NCBI GenBank assembly: GCA_002269645.1
Contig: NIVC01001868.1
Location: 1 to 64,000 of the forward strand
DNA: 64,000 nucleotides
Reading direction: 5' to 3'
Origin: Macrostomum lignano
Lineage: Eukaryota
Both the position numbers and the translations under genes were made by a program. Below the pieces are notes generated by a model that did no database searches, was not told the DNA's origin, and saw only the letters and a program-made list of their open reading frames with translations. Numbering within the stretch: position 1 is the stretch's first letter; the number at the start of each line of letters is the position of its first letter. Shown one piece after another: positions 63,075 through 64,000 of the stretch.

Positions 63075-63830
63075 ATGAATTCGCACGCCCAGCAGGCGGC
63101 GCCCTATCACGAGCGCCAGCGACTATTATTATGCGCGGTGCACGCGGCTAATAATCTTCTGCAACGGCCAGAGTTCACTCAGAGCCAGTTTGACCAGCTG
63201 TGCCAGTCTTTGTCGCCGCAACAGGTCAAGTTATTAGCTTGCTTATCGCCCTTACTGACTCAGGTTACCGTGTGCACTGCTTAGATACCTATCTATGCCT
63301 ACATGGGTCACTAACCTATGCTCATTCAATATCCTTTAATATAATATCATTATTAAAAGTACACCCGTCGCCGGGCCCGCTATCTCTCCCGACAGACCTG
63401 GCTGCTAAATCCTCATCGGAATCCCCTCGGCCTTGGCAACTACGACGCTAACGTGTTGGACGCCGCCTTGCAGAGCCGCGGCCTTCGCCTAGTCTGGTTC
63501 GACCGGCGCAAACCGGTCGCCTGCCTGCTGCCCGACAGAATCGAAGGCTTCCTAATCAATTACCAATCGGCTGCCTGCTCCGTGCTGCCGATAATCCGCT
63601 CCCGCCATTGGGTGGCGCTCCGGCGCTGCGGCCCGAACAATGAGTATCATAATCTGGATTCCAAAATGGCCGAGCCCAGCCTCATTGGTTCAGGACAGCC
63701 TGCCGATCTGCTGCACTATCTGCAGGCCAGGCTGGATGCCGACGCCAGTCTGCAGATTCTCCCGGTTGTACTGCCCGAGGTGGCCGACTCTGGCGACTGG
63801 CAGCTGGCGCAACCGGCGTCTGATGAATGA
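63075..63830 (+). CDS. JOSD2: Josephin-domain deubiquitinase (JOSD1/2-like), 2 exons, 194 aa
   Basis: Exons 63075-63224 and 63396-63830. YHERQRLLLCAVHAANN (catalytic Cys), GNYDANV, RHWVAL (His), YHNLDSK (Asp). No UIM/polyQ tail, so JOSD rather than ataxin-3. Confidence 0.94.
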
Positions 63831-64000
63831 TAGAGGTTGATTAATTAATTTATATGCGATGTTTACCTCTTGCTGCTCTCTACTACATAGCTAAGGATCA
63901 GTGGTATGGCCAGTATTTTCCTTAATATTTCCTTAAGTAGATTGTAAAAATATTGTTGAGTAGATTGTAGAGATTGTTGAATAGATTGTACGGAGATTGT

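Overview
Eukaryotic (metazoan) genomic DNA with GC-rich exons and AT-rich introns packed with minisatellites. Five spliced protein-coding genes could be assembled by hand with canonical GT-AG junctions and consistent phases. (1) A 12-exon choline transporter-like SLC44/CTL gene (+, 6636-20231, 753 aa). (2) A 2-exon GT32 DXD glycosyltransferase (-, 32042-25763) carrying a 1-nt frameshift. (3) FoxN2/3 with an AT-hook (+, 43293-49818). (4) Folliculin FLCN (+, 54029-60752). (5) A Josephin deubiquitinase (+, 63075-63830). The window also holds a decayed piggyBac, a tRNA-headed CORE-like SINE, several TIR elements/MITEs (four with intact 8- or 9-bp target-site duplications, one nested inside another) and about 25 distinct minisatellite arrays. 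The main finding is that FLCN has no genomic ATG: a splice acceptor sits directly before conserved codon 2, with an in-frame stop just upstream. This is what is expected if the Met comes from the AUG-ending flatworm spliced leader, and it suggests a FoxN2/3-FLCN-JOSD trans-spliced operon; a cis micro-exon at 52897 is the competing explanation. The second theme is a one-intron-one-minisatellite architecture, with shared cores between arrays and higher-order repeats. The organism assignment (Macrostomum-like free-living flatworm) is inference, not a database result. Most long ORFs in the supplied track that lie in repeats are artefacts.
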